A DNA stretch of 64,000 bases from Prevotellaceae bacterium (lineage in GTDB: Bacteria; Bacteroidota; Bacteroidia; Bacteroidales; Bacteroidaceae). Below the pieces are notes generated by a model that had not been told where the DNA came from, did no database searches, and was given only the letters and a program-made list of their open reading frames with translations. The stretch lies in NCBI GenBank assembly GCA_015257125.1, contig JABZKU010000009.1:10473-74472 (forward strand). Reading direction: 5' to 3'. Shown here one piece after another: positions 20,679 through 29,841 of this stretch. The translations under genes and the position numbers were made by a program. Position 1 is the stretch's first letter. Each line of letters begins with the position of its first letter.

Positions 20679-21329
20679 ATGAAGCTTACAATGGAACAAA
20701 GATCGGAAATAATTTCCGAACCGGCCTCTAGTGAGGCAGGTTTTAATGAGTTGATGCGCGTACTTTTGGATAGTTTTTCCAAGCAGGAACGTGCCCTCTT
20801 CTTAGAGGAACATAAAGGTGAACAAGGCAACGGTTTCCGTCCTCGTCGTTGGCGTGGTCACGGTTGCAGCTTTCAACTTCGCATTCCTCGCACTCGCTCG
20901 GGTACTTTTCAACCGATCATACTCGGCATCTTGGCTGCTCAGGAAAGCGAGCGTGCGCTGCTTTTTCATGAGTTGTATGCGCGTGGACTTTCCTGTGAAG
21001 ACATCGCCGAGGTGGGTCGCCGCATCTACGGTCATCATTACAGCAAACAGCAGATGAGCCGGCTCTCCGGGGCTTGTTATGAGGAGATCCAAGAGTGGCT
21101 TGCGTGCCGACTTACTTCTCATTATTTGGCCGTCTACATCGATGCCACGTTCTGCAGCACGCGTCGTGACGGGAGCGTCTCGAAGGAGGCCTACTACACG
21201 ATGTTGGGACTGCTGCCCGACGGGAGTCGTGAGGTGCTCACGGTGGTTAATCACCCAAAGAAGGGGCAATTGCATGGGAAATGGAGCTCGAAGCGCTCAA
21301 GGAACGCGGCGTGGAACAAATCGATTTGA
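20679..21329 (+). CDS. IS256-family transposase, N-terminal part (orfA; frame 0, contains first catalytic D)
   Basis: ...LAVYIDATFCSTRRDG...LTVVNHPKKG, then the frame closes at 21329. The start is set at the MKLTMEQ ATG; the ORF track begins at 20649. Confidence 0.7.
   Translation: MKLTMEQRSEIISEPASSEAGFNELMRVLLDSFSKQERALFLEEHKGEQGNGFRPRRWRGHGCSFQLRIPRTRSGTFQPIILGILAAQESERALLFHELYARGLSCEDIAEVGRRIYGHHYSKQQMSRLSGACYEEIQEWLACRLTSHYLAVYIDATFCSTRRDGSVSKEAYYTMLGLLPDGSREVLTVVNHPKKGQLHGKWSSKRSRNAAWNKSI
21254..21260 (+). other. C_CCA_AAG slippery heptamer: candidate programmed -1 ribosomal frameshift site (or 1-bp deletion in an A-run)
   Basis: In the orfA frame the codons are cac CCA AAG aag. Shifting -1 gives CCC AAA gaa ggg gca ..., which translates PKEGAIAWEMELEALKERGV and continues the IS256 transposase (orfB frame). 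This matches the X_XXY_YYZ rule. Confidence 0.45.
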
Positions 21330-21829
21330 TTGTCTCCGATGCGTTGAGCGGTATCGAAAATGCGGTGTGTTCGGCTTTTCCCACGGCGCTGCACCAACTC
21401 TGCGTCGTGCATTTCAAACGGAAGGTGTTGAACACCGTTTCCACCAAAGACAAAGCCGAGGTCGGTGAGGAGCTCAAAGCGCTCTTTCCCGTGGAGCATA
21501 CCGACATTATGCCTCTTGCGGCCTATGAGAATTTGCGTACCTTCGCTCGGCGTTGGGGCAAGAAATACCCGAGCCTTGCCCGATTGGACAGAGAACGCAA
21601 TGCGGCCTATTTCACTTATCTAAGGTTTCCCGAAAGTGCACGCCGAATGATTTACTCGACCAACTGGGTGGAACGTCTCAATCGCTGCTACAAGCGCACT
21701 TTACTCATGCGTGGAGCGATGCCTTCTCCCGCTTCCGTGGTTTATCTTTTGGGCTCTGTTGCCAAGGAGAAAACGGAAGGGACGTATGCAAGACGGCTAC
21801 CGTATTTTCGGGAATGGATAATCAAGTAA
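21257..21829 (+). CDS. IS256-family transposase, C-terminal part (orfB; -1 frame; second D and E of DDE)
   Basis: ...IDLIVSDALSG... and ...YSTNWVERLNRCYKRTL carry the second D and the E of the IS256 DDE triad. The track lists it as 21281..21829, and the open -1 frame begins just after a TAA at 21249-21251. Confidence 0.7.
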   Translation, partial: KEGAIAWEMELEALKERGVEQIDLIVSDALSGIENAVCSAFPTALHQLCVVHFKRKVLNTVSTKDKAEVGEELKALFPVEHTDIMPLAAYENLRTFARRWGKKYPSLARLDRERNAAYFTYLRFPESARRMIYSTNWVERLNRCYKRTLLMRGAMPSPASVVYLLGSVAKEKTEGTYARRLPYFREWIIK

Positions 21830-21859
21830 AACGACAAATAAAAATCAACATCACAAATT

Positions 21860-21893
21860 CCCCTCCGGCTTGGGGTACCCCAAGCCGGAGGGG
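21860..21893. repeat. perfect 34-bp palindrome inside the IS, 30 nt after the transposase stop
   Basis: cccctccggcttggg-GTAC-cccaagccggagggg. It could act as a terminator or as a transposase/host-factor site. Confidence 0.5.
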
Positions 21894-21936
21894 AAGGACG
21901 AAGGAGTATCTTACACACTTTTTCGGACATTACCCT

Positions 21937-23232
21937 TTTTTCGAACTGCTATATCCATAGACAAAACAAAGGCGTCCGTATCAAAACTTTCGTTTGATAC
22001 GGACGCCAATTATTTTGTCCTTTTCAGCAAAGCAGAATCTAATACTAGTAATTTCTGCTCTGAAGAAAATCAAGGTTTAATCATCGAGCGTACGCTGACG
22101 AACCTGCGGGTTGATGTAAGCCGGCCAACGCTTCTTGAAACGAACCGTGATCGGTTGACCTTCGATGCTACATGCACCGGCAGAAACAATTCGACGGTAG
22201 TAAACCGTGTTACCAAAACGCTTCGTTTCGGTGAAGGTTTCATCTGTACCGATGTTCACCCAATGCTTCTTGTCGGCACTGCGTTGCCATTGGTAAGTGC
22301 GATTCGGATTACCCGTTACAATACCGGCCGTGAGCGTGAAGGGATTCTTATCATTGATCGTTCTTGACTGCTCATCCGGAGTCATAGCGACATTAATACC
22401 CGCAATAACCGTCAACTTTGATTGGTCACTGATCGCCTTACAGTCGCCGATTTTTGCCGTACGGCGAACATAGTAAACACCCGGGGCAGCGGCATTGTAT
22501 GTCAGGTTCTGTTCCGTTGCATTGCGAATCGGAGTCCAAGTAGACTCATCGTCCGGTGTAGCAGTACGTTCCCACTGATATTCAATTTCATCCGCATCGG
22601 CTTTCTCACCGTCGATGGTTGCGCTTGCAGGATCAAGATTGAAAGCAACCGGTTCACCCGCGCAAGCTTGTTGTGTGAGGATCAAACCACTGGCTTCCTT
22701 AATACTTGCAATACCAACAGTATGTTTACCATACAGCGTTACCGTACAAGTTGTCAGATGAATATCAACGATAAACTCACCGGCATTCTCTGTTTTGGCT
22801 TCGAACTCGATTTCGCGGCCGGCTTTTGTAGAACCATCGGGCAAGTGCCATAAGTAAGTTGCACCAGGGAATTCGCGCGCTGCAAGTTTAGCCCGATCAC
22901 CGGCACAGAAGGAGGTCTCGACAGTCATCGAAGATGAAATTGCATCAGGGTCTTGCAGCAACACATCTTGGTGAATCCAAGTCAATCCGCAGGCATCGGT
23001 AGCCGTGATACGATAGCGTTCACCCAACTTACCATGTTCGAAGTCCACGGCACCGGGCACAGTCTTGCGGGCAATTTCCGTACCGTCGAGAGACATCAAC
23101 TTGTAAGTATAAGGTGCATTACCACCCTTCAGAGCCATGTGGATGATACCCTTACCCGAGTCGGTGCAGAACATACTCAAGCTCTGAGACTGGTCAAAGT
23201 CGAGCACGTAGTTGCTCATCGAGAAAGGCCAG
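21937..23232. repeat. right arm of the ~1.3-kb inverted repeat (3' end of giant gene 2 plus 3'UTR)
   Basis: Mirror image of 19276..20571; the stop codons map onto each other (20429 <-> 22079). Confidence 0.8.
21961..22007 (-). terminator. intrinsic terminator of giant gene 2 (mirror copy)
   Basis: Same 15-bp stem as at 20501, with a T-tract on the minus strand (acaaaacaaa on the top strand). Confidence 0.65.
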
Positions 23233-26200
23233 GTCATCGTACATGTCTTACCGTCGCTCTTGCGCTTGATGTTCAAAACCAAGGTAAACTCACGCTGATA
23301 AGTACCGAAAGACTGTCCCCAGTTGCGAGTTGTGTTATAGCTGTCACCCTGAACATAGAAAGATGTAATTTCCACGTCTTCCGTACTTCCAAGATAAGTC
23401 AGCGTACCCTTAGGTGTTACCGTAAACTTACCGTCACAAGCGGCATCTACCGTCGTGGCGCTGAGGTCGAGAATCGGGCGACCGATGTAGTCGTCTTCCA
23501 TCGGAATGTCACCACAATCGGTGTGCGCCACCACAGTGTATTCGCCTTCCGGAGCGTAGGCATCGATCAATGTACCATCAGGCAACTCTTCCTTCCACGA
23601 ATAGCGGTACATAGTAGTTGAGTAGCGCGTTACGCTTGTTGCAACGAACTTACGTGTAGGATTAGCTTTCGGACGAGCTACGATCGTCATCTTCGGAATC
23701 GTCAAATAGGTCTTCTGCTCCACTGCAGGAACTCCATCCCAACTTGGATAGAAGTAGCTCGAGAAATTATTCATGTAGTAACCATTCTTGGAAGCGGTGT
23801 AGCCATTACCACAGAAGGTTTGGCCTTTGAACGTATAATCTCTCGACACCGTGTACTTTGAAGGTAAACGATAGTTGAGCGTGAAGTCAACGAGTAGATC
23901 CTTTGTGGTTTCGGGTTGACCGTATTCCACCACGCGAATGACATACTTCTTGTCCTTCTTGAACTTGTAAGGGCTGTACCATACTTCAGGAACATAGTTA
24001 CCACTCTCGCTTACGAGTGTTTCCTGCGTACCATTTACCTCATAAGCGTAGTACTTGAGAGGCAGCCTACAGTCTGTCCAACCCCGGATGGCCAAAAGAC
24101 GACCATCGCAATCCGACATAATACTTTGACCATAGTCAAGTGAGTACTGATAGTTACGATTGATCGCATTGAAATATCTCGTTGTTCCATAAATCGGGTC
24201 ACCACAATAATCTGTCGGCGTCATGTCGATGCGATAACTCTTATTTGCGGGAAACTCGAGATCAGGATCACGAGTGAGGTATTGTTCACGAGAAGTATAG
24301 TTTACTTCTTTGTCCACTAGTACAACATTATCCGTTGTACGAGTAACCTTTATCTTGTACTTGTGACCAATTTCACCATCGGTGAATACCCACTGTACCG
24401 TATTACACTTTAGTTGTTGCCAAAAACCACTAAAAGCATAACGAATATCTCGATTATCGGTAATACGCGTCAGCGTGGCCGGACAGTTCTTCAAACGAAG
24501 AAGGACGTCTACCCCATTACAATTATCGAAACGTTTCGAATAATCGCTAATATAGGATTTACCATCGTTACTGTCGCCCCAGCTGCTCTTCCACTGACTA
24601 TCATCAGGGGCAGCCCCTTTCGCTACTACTTGAATTTCGTAGGCGCGATAGGCTGTCTGGCGGAAACCTTCAGGGAAGTCCGAGGGGTCGAATCTTAAGT
24701 AGTAATTGACAGAATCTCGAGTTTCGTCTTTTTTGTTTCTCAGACGAGAATCCAAGCGCAGCTCCCACCAGGCCCAAGTAATCTTGGGTGTGTTGGGCAT
24801 TTCGAGAATCTCTGCATCTGGGATATCACGTTCCATACAGCCATCCGATACGGTCAGCGCGTAATGGCCGGGCTTCAATCCGCTACCCCAAAGCTTATTA
24901 TAATAATTTGTTCCGATCGGGTCAGTGAAAATTTCACGAGGCTTAGTCAAAACACCTTCGTCAGGGGTCTTCGTCAAGAAGACGCGATACTTACCGGAGC
25001 CCTTTTCGATGTTCAAACCGATGCGACCGTTGGGACATTCGTCTCTGGTCGGCACCATATAATCCGGGCGCACCGTGGCATAGAGACCATCTCGATAAGG
25101 TGTGCTCAACGTTATGGTCTGTTCAAAGTCTTGCACCTGAGGTTGGCCATTTTCGTCTTTGAAGACAGTGGCACGACCGGTCACCTTGTACGTACCGGCT
25201 TCCAGACCGATGAAGGTCTTCGGTTCACCGGGCTTCGTGGTTTCGGCCACGTCGGTATATTGCGAACCGGTGGTCTTCGTCAGCGTATAGTGGATTTGAT
25301 CCACGTCGTGGAAGGACTCCGGCACCACCATGGTGATTTCACCGTCGTTCTTACACTTCATGTTGTTTTTACGAAGCGAGAAGCTAAACTTCGTACCTTG
25401 GCGCGGTGTATTCCACGTGCTGGCAGATTTACCGGCCATACAGCCGTCTACCATCGTTGCTTCGGCAGTAAAAGAACCATACGGTTTACGCACATCGAAG
25501 TTATAAGGTGCATCGGCGGGAACTTCGCCATTGAAGAGTTCGGTGCCGTCCGTGCTCTTGATAACCAAACGCATCTTTGTACCCGGTTCGGCCGGATTGA
25601 TGCGAGCCGTAAGCGTAGAAACACCCTTCAAGCTGAAGTCCGTAGAATTCAATTGAAGGCTCAAATTTGATGTTTCTCCAATATTGATGCCTTGGAAATA
25701 ATCACTCGTTCCGTTGTAGTAATAACGAATGGCATAGGAACCGGACTCCAATTCGGTGAAAGTGTGGCTTTCGATGATAGAAGTCGGATTGGTTTCTTCC
25801 TTCAAAGGACGATAGGCAGCGTTTCCGTCGACCACCGTGTATTTGTACAGGACGATCTTCGTAGCCTTTTCGGGCAGCCCGGCTGACTTCAACTTAGAGA
25901 GCACCGTAATATACCCCTTCTTATTGCAAGTTGTGTTCACGCTACCCAGGAAGTAGCTAAAACCGGGCATGTTCTTGCGGTTATCCAAATAGAGAGAATC
26001 CAAACGGGTATATTTACCGCAAGGAGTTTCAAACTCAATGTTGTAAGTGTGCGGCAATTTATCTACAACAAAGCCGAAACCACCTGTCTGTGTTTTTGAG
26101 GGACGTGCTTCCCCCTTGTTGAGTTCAGCTCCGGTCACCACATCCAGCACACGCCATTTTATATTATCCAGCGGATAGACAGAATAGTAACGTGCCTTAC

Positions 26201-28685
26201 CATCATTCTGATAGGGTGTGGGGTTCTGGTCGCGAGTCCAAAGATAGATGTAGTTTTCTTGCGGTTTTTCTTTGGGCACGGTGACCTCAAATGAACCGGG
26301 GGTAATCTCTCCACACGTTACGATAGGAGTAGACTTCACAATATAATTACCGGCAGGAACGCGGCTGAAATAAACACTGCTTGTCTGTCCGGAACCGTAG
26401 ACGCGCACCACATTACCTGTGGCCTTGTCTACCAATTCGTGGCGCCAAGCATTGATGTTGGTAAAGTTGTAAAAACTGATGGATATAGCGCCCTCTTCAC
26501 CACAACGAGCAGGAGTTACATTGCGGTTCAATTCTTTAACCGTATCTTCAACGCGGAACTCATCGGTGTGTTTCTGCGTGGGGGCACATTGCGGCCACCA
26601 CTCCACTTTATAATCACCGGGCTGCATGTTGGCGAAGATTGCTGTATTCACACCCTCCTTCATCACATACTCACCTACCAAAGCACCGGTAGCCTTGTCG
26701 GTTACCTTGTAAGTCATGAGCGGAGCCACTTGCCCTTTCATATCGAGGACACGCAAATCCACGTCGGTTCCCGTACCACCGCAACCTCGGAAGGTAAAGT
26801 TCGGGCTAAACTTGTAGCCGGAGTTACCATACATCGTGTAGTCCTGGTAGGGATAACCACAAGCTGACTTCACACGAAGTCTATAATAAGGCTCTGCAAC
26901 CGGCGTTTCGATGTAACTTGCCGCGTTACCGGTCAACGCAGGCATTGCACCGGAATACTGGAAAACACCTTGCTGATTATAGATTTCAAATGTTGCCCCA
27001 TTGAGGAACGAAGAAAGCATGGGGGCATTCTCGACACCTCCGGTTCCCGTGTACTTCACGGGAATGCGCATCATCGGCTTTTCGCCGCAGAAATCGGTGC
27101 TAACCGCCGTGCTGTTAAAGTCAAACGAGAGATTCCCTTCGAGAGAATTCTTCAGACCGATATCGAAGTCTAATTTCGTCTCCAATCCGGAGCTCTCATG
27201 ACGTGCCGTGACCGTGTACTCTCCCGGGAAGAGGCCTTTGACTTCCACCGTTCTTTCACCGGCGGGTTGAGTCCATTCTTTCACCAAAGCACCACCATCA
27301 CGATAGGTGACACGCATCTTCAGCGGGGCATAATAAATGCCATTGTAGAGATACCAAACTTGTCCACCGGAGGCCTCACACAATCTATTGGCAGGCGTAA
27401 TTGAGCTATACGAAAAATAGCCGAGAGTACCTTCACTGATCTGGAAGTTGCTCGTCTTCGTGATGCCACCGTATTCGGCTTTCACCTGATAATTTCCCTT
27501 CGGGAGATTTTCGATAAGGGTGACTTCTTCGGTCACATTCGTCTTCACGACGGGCGTGAAGGCCACCCCATCCGTGCGCGTAATGGTCAGCTTGGCGGGG
27601 CAAGCCTCAGTAGTGTTTGGCAATTGGATATTGACCGCTCCTTCGTTTACGCCGGGCAGTGTTCCGTGCTGAACGTTGGCATAGACATCATTCTCTTGAT
27701 TGTAAATGTTGAAGTAGTTGGTCATCGAGCTGTTGCCCGTCTTTTCCGTCGCCTTTAAGACATAGTTACCGGCTTGCACTCCCGTGAAAGTGTGGGAAAA
27801 GTTCGGGTAGGTGGCCGTAAACGTCTGAACCGGTGTATCAGGCGTACTTTGATTGGCAATGGTGTACTCAATGTTCTGCACACCCGTCACTTTCGACACC
27901 TCGACTTTGACACCACCCGGGCAAGTACCGCGGGCAGGAATCTGCGTGGTCACCAAATTGAAGGAACCCACCGAGATGCCGGAAGACAGATTAAAGTGGT
28001 CCGTATCCCAATTGGAGGGCGGATTGGCCGGGGTACAAGAAGGCTTGGCTTCCGCCTTCACCACATAGTCGCCCTTGGGCAAATTGAAGAACGTCACGCC
28101 ATCATAGGGACGCGTGGAACGCTGAGATTGAATGACCGTGTTCTGGTCATCGAATTTGTAGAGCTTAAAGGTGGCTTCCGTAAAACCGGTGGGACCGACC
28201 AAGGAGGCTTGCACACCACCACTTGCACCCGTACCACTACCGGCGGGTGTACTGCTCACACTCAGTCTAATATCCTGAGCCTTTTGCGATGAGACACCCG
28301 ACATGTTCCACCAGTCTGTGCGTGTATTCGTACCGCATGTGGTCGTGATACGCACATAAAGTGTCTTGCCGTTCATGCTTGCCGGAATGTCCGCTTTGAC
28401 GGTCGCACCCGGTGCCGGCGCATCGACCGTTTCAAACCAAGGGCCGTTCGGTCCGGAACCGAATTGATACTTCACTTCGTCCACTCCGACGATGTTGTTG
28501 CTGTAGCGTATGGAAACGGTTCCCGGCGTATTACAGTCCGAGTTGGGCTGCATTTGCGACTTCGTAAAATCGTTCCATTGGAAATTCGGGCAATTCTGCC
28601 CCACTGCGGGGAGACTACCCAAACAGAGCAACAATGTACAGAGGAGCCCGAAGATGCTTGATCTTAGGGGAATTGTTTTCTCCAT
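22077..28685 (-). CDS. giant secreted cysteine-patterned repeat protein with SprB-like repeats (2202 aa), paralog of 13796..20431
   Basis: Signal peptide MEKTIPLRSSIFGLLCTLLLCLGSLPAVGQ, with N-terminal ~100 aa about 75% identical to giant 1. Internal blocks range from ~50% to ~85% identity, and the C-terminal ~385 aa are near identical. Confidence 0.8.
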   Translation of the reverse strand: MEKTIPLRSSIFGLLCTLLLCLGSLPAVGQNCPNFQWNDFTKSQMQPNSDCNTPGTVSIRYSNNIVGVDEVKYQFGSGPNGPWFETVDAPAPGATVKADIPASMNGKTLYVRITTTCGTNTRTDWWNMSGVSSQKAQDIRLSVSSTPAGSGTGASGGVQASLVGPTGFTEATFKLYKFDDQNTVIQSQRSTRPYDGVTFFNLPKGDYVVKAEAKPSCTPANPPSNWDTDHFNLSSGISVGSFNLVTTQIPARGTCPGGVKVEVSKVTGVQNIEYTIANQSTPDTPVQTFTATYPNFSHTFTGVQAGNYVLKATEKTGNSSMTNYFNIYNQENDVYANVQHGTLPGVNEGAVNIQLPNTTEACPAKLTITRTDGVAFTPVVKTNVTEEVTLIENLPKGNYQVKAEYGGITKTSNFQISEGTLGYFSYSSITPANRLCEASGGQVWYLYNGIYYAPLKMRVTYRDGGALVKEWTQPAGERTVEVKGLFPGEYTVTARHESSGLETKLDFDIGLKNSLEGNLSFDFNSTAVSTDFCGEKPMMRIPVKYTGTGGVENAPMLSSFLNGATFEIYNQQGVFQYSGAMPALTGNAASYIETPVAEPYYRLRVKSACGYPYQDYTMYGNSGYKFSPNFTFRGCGGTGTDVDLRVLDMKGQVAPLMTYKVTDKATGALVGEYVMKEGVNTAIFANMQPGDYKVEWWPQCAPTQKHTDEFRVEDTVKELNRNVTPARCGEEGAISISFYNFTNINAWRHELVDKATGNVVRVYGSGQTSSVYFSRVPAGNYIVKSTPIVTCGEITPGSFEVTVPKEKPQENYIYLWTRDQNPTPYQNDGKARYYSVYPLDNIKWRVLDVVTGAELNKGEARPSKTQTGGFGFVVDKLPHTYNIEFETPCGKYTRLDSLYLDNRKNMPGFSYFLGSVNTTCNKKGYITVLSKLKSAGLPEKATKIVLYKYTVVDGNAAYRPLKEETNPTSIIESHTFTELESGSYAIRYYYNGTSDYFQGINIGETSNLSLQLNSTDFSLKGVSTLTARINPAEPGTKMRLVIKSTDGTELFNGEVPADAPYNFDVRKPYGSFTAEATMVDGCMAGKSASTWNTPRQGTKFSFSLRKNNMKCKNDGEITMVVPESFHDVDQIHYTLTKTTGSQYTDVAETTKPGEPKTFIGLEAGTYKVTGRATVFKDENGQPQVQDFEQTITLSTPYRDGLYATVRPDYMVPTRDECPNGRIGLNIEKGSGKYRVFLTKTPDEGVLTKPREIFTDPIGTNYYNKLWGSGLKPGHYALTVSDGCMERDIPDAEILEMPNTPKITWAWWELRLDSRLRNKKDETRDSVNYYLRFDPSDFPEGFRQTAYRAYEIQVVAKGAAPDDSQWKSSWGDSNDGKSYISDYSKRFDNCNGVDVLLRLKNCPATLTRITDNRDIRYAFSGFWQQLKCNTVQWVFTDGEIGHKYKIKVTRTTDNVVLVDKEVNYTSREQYLTRDPDLEFPANKSYRIDMTPTDYCGDPIYGTTRYFNAINRNYQYSLDYGQSIMSDCDGRLLAIRGWTDCRLPLKYYAYEVNGTQETLVSESGNYVPEVWYSPYKFKKDKKYVIRVVEYGQPETTKDLLVDFTLNYRLPSKYTVSRDYTFKGQTFCGNGYTASKNGYYMNNFSSYFYPSWDGVPAVEQKTYLTIPKMTIVARPKANPTRKFVATSVTRYSTTMYRYSWKEELPDGTLIDAYAPEGEYTVVAHTDCGDIPMEDDYIGRPILDLSATTVDAACDGKFTVTPKGTLTYLGSTEDVEITSFYVQGDSYNTTRNWGQSFGTYQREFTLVLNIKRKSDGKTCTMTWPFSMSNYVLDFDQSQSLSMFCTDSGKGIIHMALKGGNAPYTYKLMSLDGTEIARKTVPGAVDFEHGKLGERYRITATDACGLTWIHQDVLLQDPDAISSSMTVETSFCAGDRAKLAAREFPGATYLWHLPDGSTKAGREIEFEAKTENAGEFIVDIHLTTCTVTLYGKHTVGIASIKEASGLILTQQACAGEPVAFNLDPASATIDGEKADADEIEYQWERTATPDDESTWTPIRNATEQNLTYNAAAPGVYYVRRTAKIGDCKAISDQSKLTVIAGINVAMTPDEQSRTINDKNPFTLTAGIVTGNPNRTYQWQRSADKKHWVNIGTDETFTETKRFGNTVYYRRIVSAGACSIEGQPITVRFKKRWPAYINPQVRQRTLDD

Positions 28686-29773
28686 CTTAGTTAATCATTT
28701 ATTGTATCTGTGTAATGAATTGAATTATAGAATTTCTATTGTTCACGATCCATGCAAGTGCTCATTTGCGCAAGCGCTCATACGGATTGAGATTTTCCCA
28801 TCGTTTACTTCATCGACAAACGTCGCACTCGAATTCAAATTATCGCGCGCGACCACTGTCATAAGATTACATTCCAAGGACAAATATACGCGATGTGAAG
28901 GAGAAGACGCAGTTTTTGAGGGTAAAATGCGTCCCGAACCTCAAAAACACCTTGTTTTGACACACACAGTCATCAAAATCGGCGGTTTTCGTGAAAACAA
29001 AGCAGTCGTTTGCCTTGAATTGGAATCATCGTCCCGTTCAGGAATGCAACTTTATTGACTGAAAACGAAAGTCGACTCAAAAATCAGGAACAAACAGGCT
29101 ACATGATTAGGGACGTGGCTTGCCCATCTTCTCAACTCCTCCTCATCGTTTTGCACCGTCCTCTTAGATTTCTTCTTTCTTCACACCTTTCTCCTTTTCA
29201 TTTTCCCCATCATCCATGAGTTTTTTGGGTAGACGCATACACGAGTAAAGAGGGCATTGGAAATCCATCTCTGAAAAAGCACCTCAACCTTCAACACAAA
29301 AATCAGCTGATTACAAACGAATTAACAGGACACGCTTCACATAGAGATTAGAGAGTGGCCAAGTTCTTTCTCCTCTCCACTTTGTTTGCCCTCGGTAGCG
29401 GTAGAGCTTCCCACACAAGGGTGTGCGAATCCTTTCTTTTTTACTTAAAAGACAGCGGCACGCTCGAGGTATTTTCTTGCGCCGAGGCGAAAAACAACTT
29501 GCCCGTACGCACATGCGCAACGCGCATTTCACTCCCCTTTTTCGACATGGCCTCACCTCAGTTCGGCCGGTCTTGGCTAACGGCTATTTTATCTTTGCAC
29601 GCGTTGAAAATCGGGGCTATTCTCATCGCGTTGCCTGCATCGCGATGATGCTTTCCTTACATGAACTCTCGGCATTGAGTCAACATGAGTGCAAACAGCG
29701 GGTAAGGACAAACACAACGCACAGCAGCATAAGATGAATTCCCTTCGGTGTCATCACAAACCCGGCAATAGAC

Positions 29774-29841
29774 GAAGAAAAGTCCACCGGTTTCGCGAAA
29801 AAACGCCCAGTTTTTGAAGCAAAGTCCACTGTTTTTTCGCG
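29774..29841. repeat. three-unit array of the AAAAGTCCAC repeat upstream of giant gene 2
   Basis: Units gaagaaaagtccaccggtttcgcg, aaaaaacgcccagtttttgaagc and aaagtccactgttttttcgcg. The period is about 22 bp. Confidence 0.7.

Larger units (their letters stand above)
20572..21936 (+). mobile_element. IS256-family (Mutator-type) insertion sequence, ~1365 bp
   Basis: Encodes an IS256-like DDE transposase. Imperfect terminal repeats contain ...TGTCC..AAAAGTGTGTAAG at both ends, with two tandem copies at the left end (20574-20627). The element sits exactly between the inverted arms, and its flanks are inverted copies of each other rather than a direct target duplication. Confidence 0.75.

Noticed and set aside
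21254-21329. Calling the transposase a pseudogene.
   Set aside because: The break coincides with a textbook -1 slippery heptamer, and both halves retain intact catalytic residues. Recorded as split CDS plus a candidate frameshift site instead, with the pseudogene alternative stated.
28510-29058. 182-aa plus-strand ORF overlapping the 5' end of giant gene 2 and extending into its leader.
   Set aside because: Overlaps the signal-peptide coding region on the opposite strand, with no conserved features. More likely leader or non-coding.
29774-29841. Considered whether the ~22-bp tandem arrays could be a degenerate CRISPR array.
   Set aside because: Units are directly abutting (no spacers), have an ~22-bp period and number 2-4. 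There are no cas genes in the window. The architecture fits binding-site arrays or short tandem repeats, not CRISPR.
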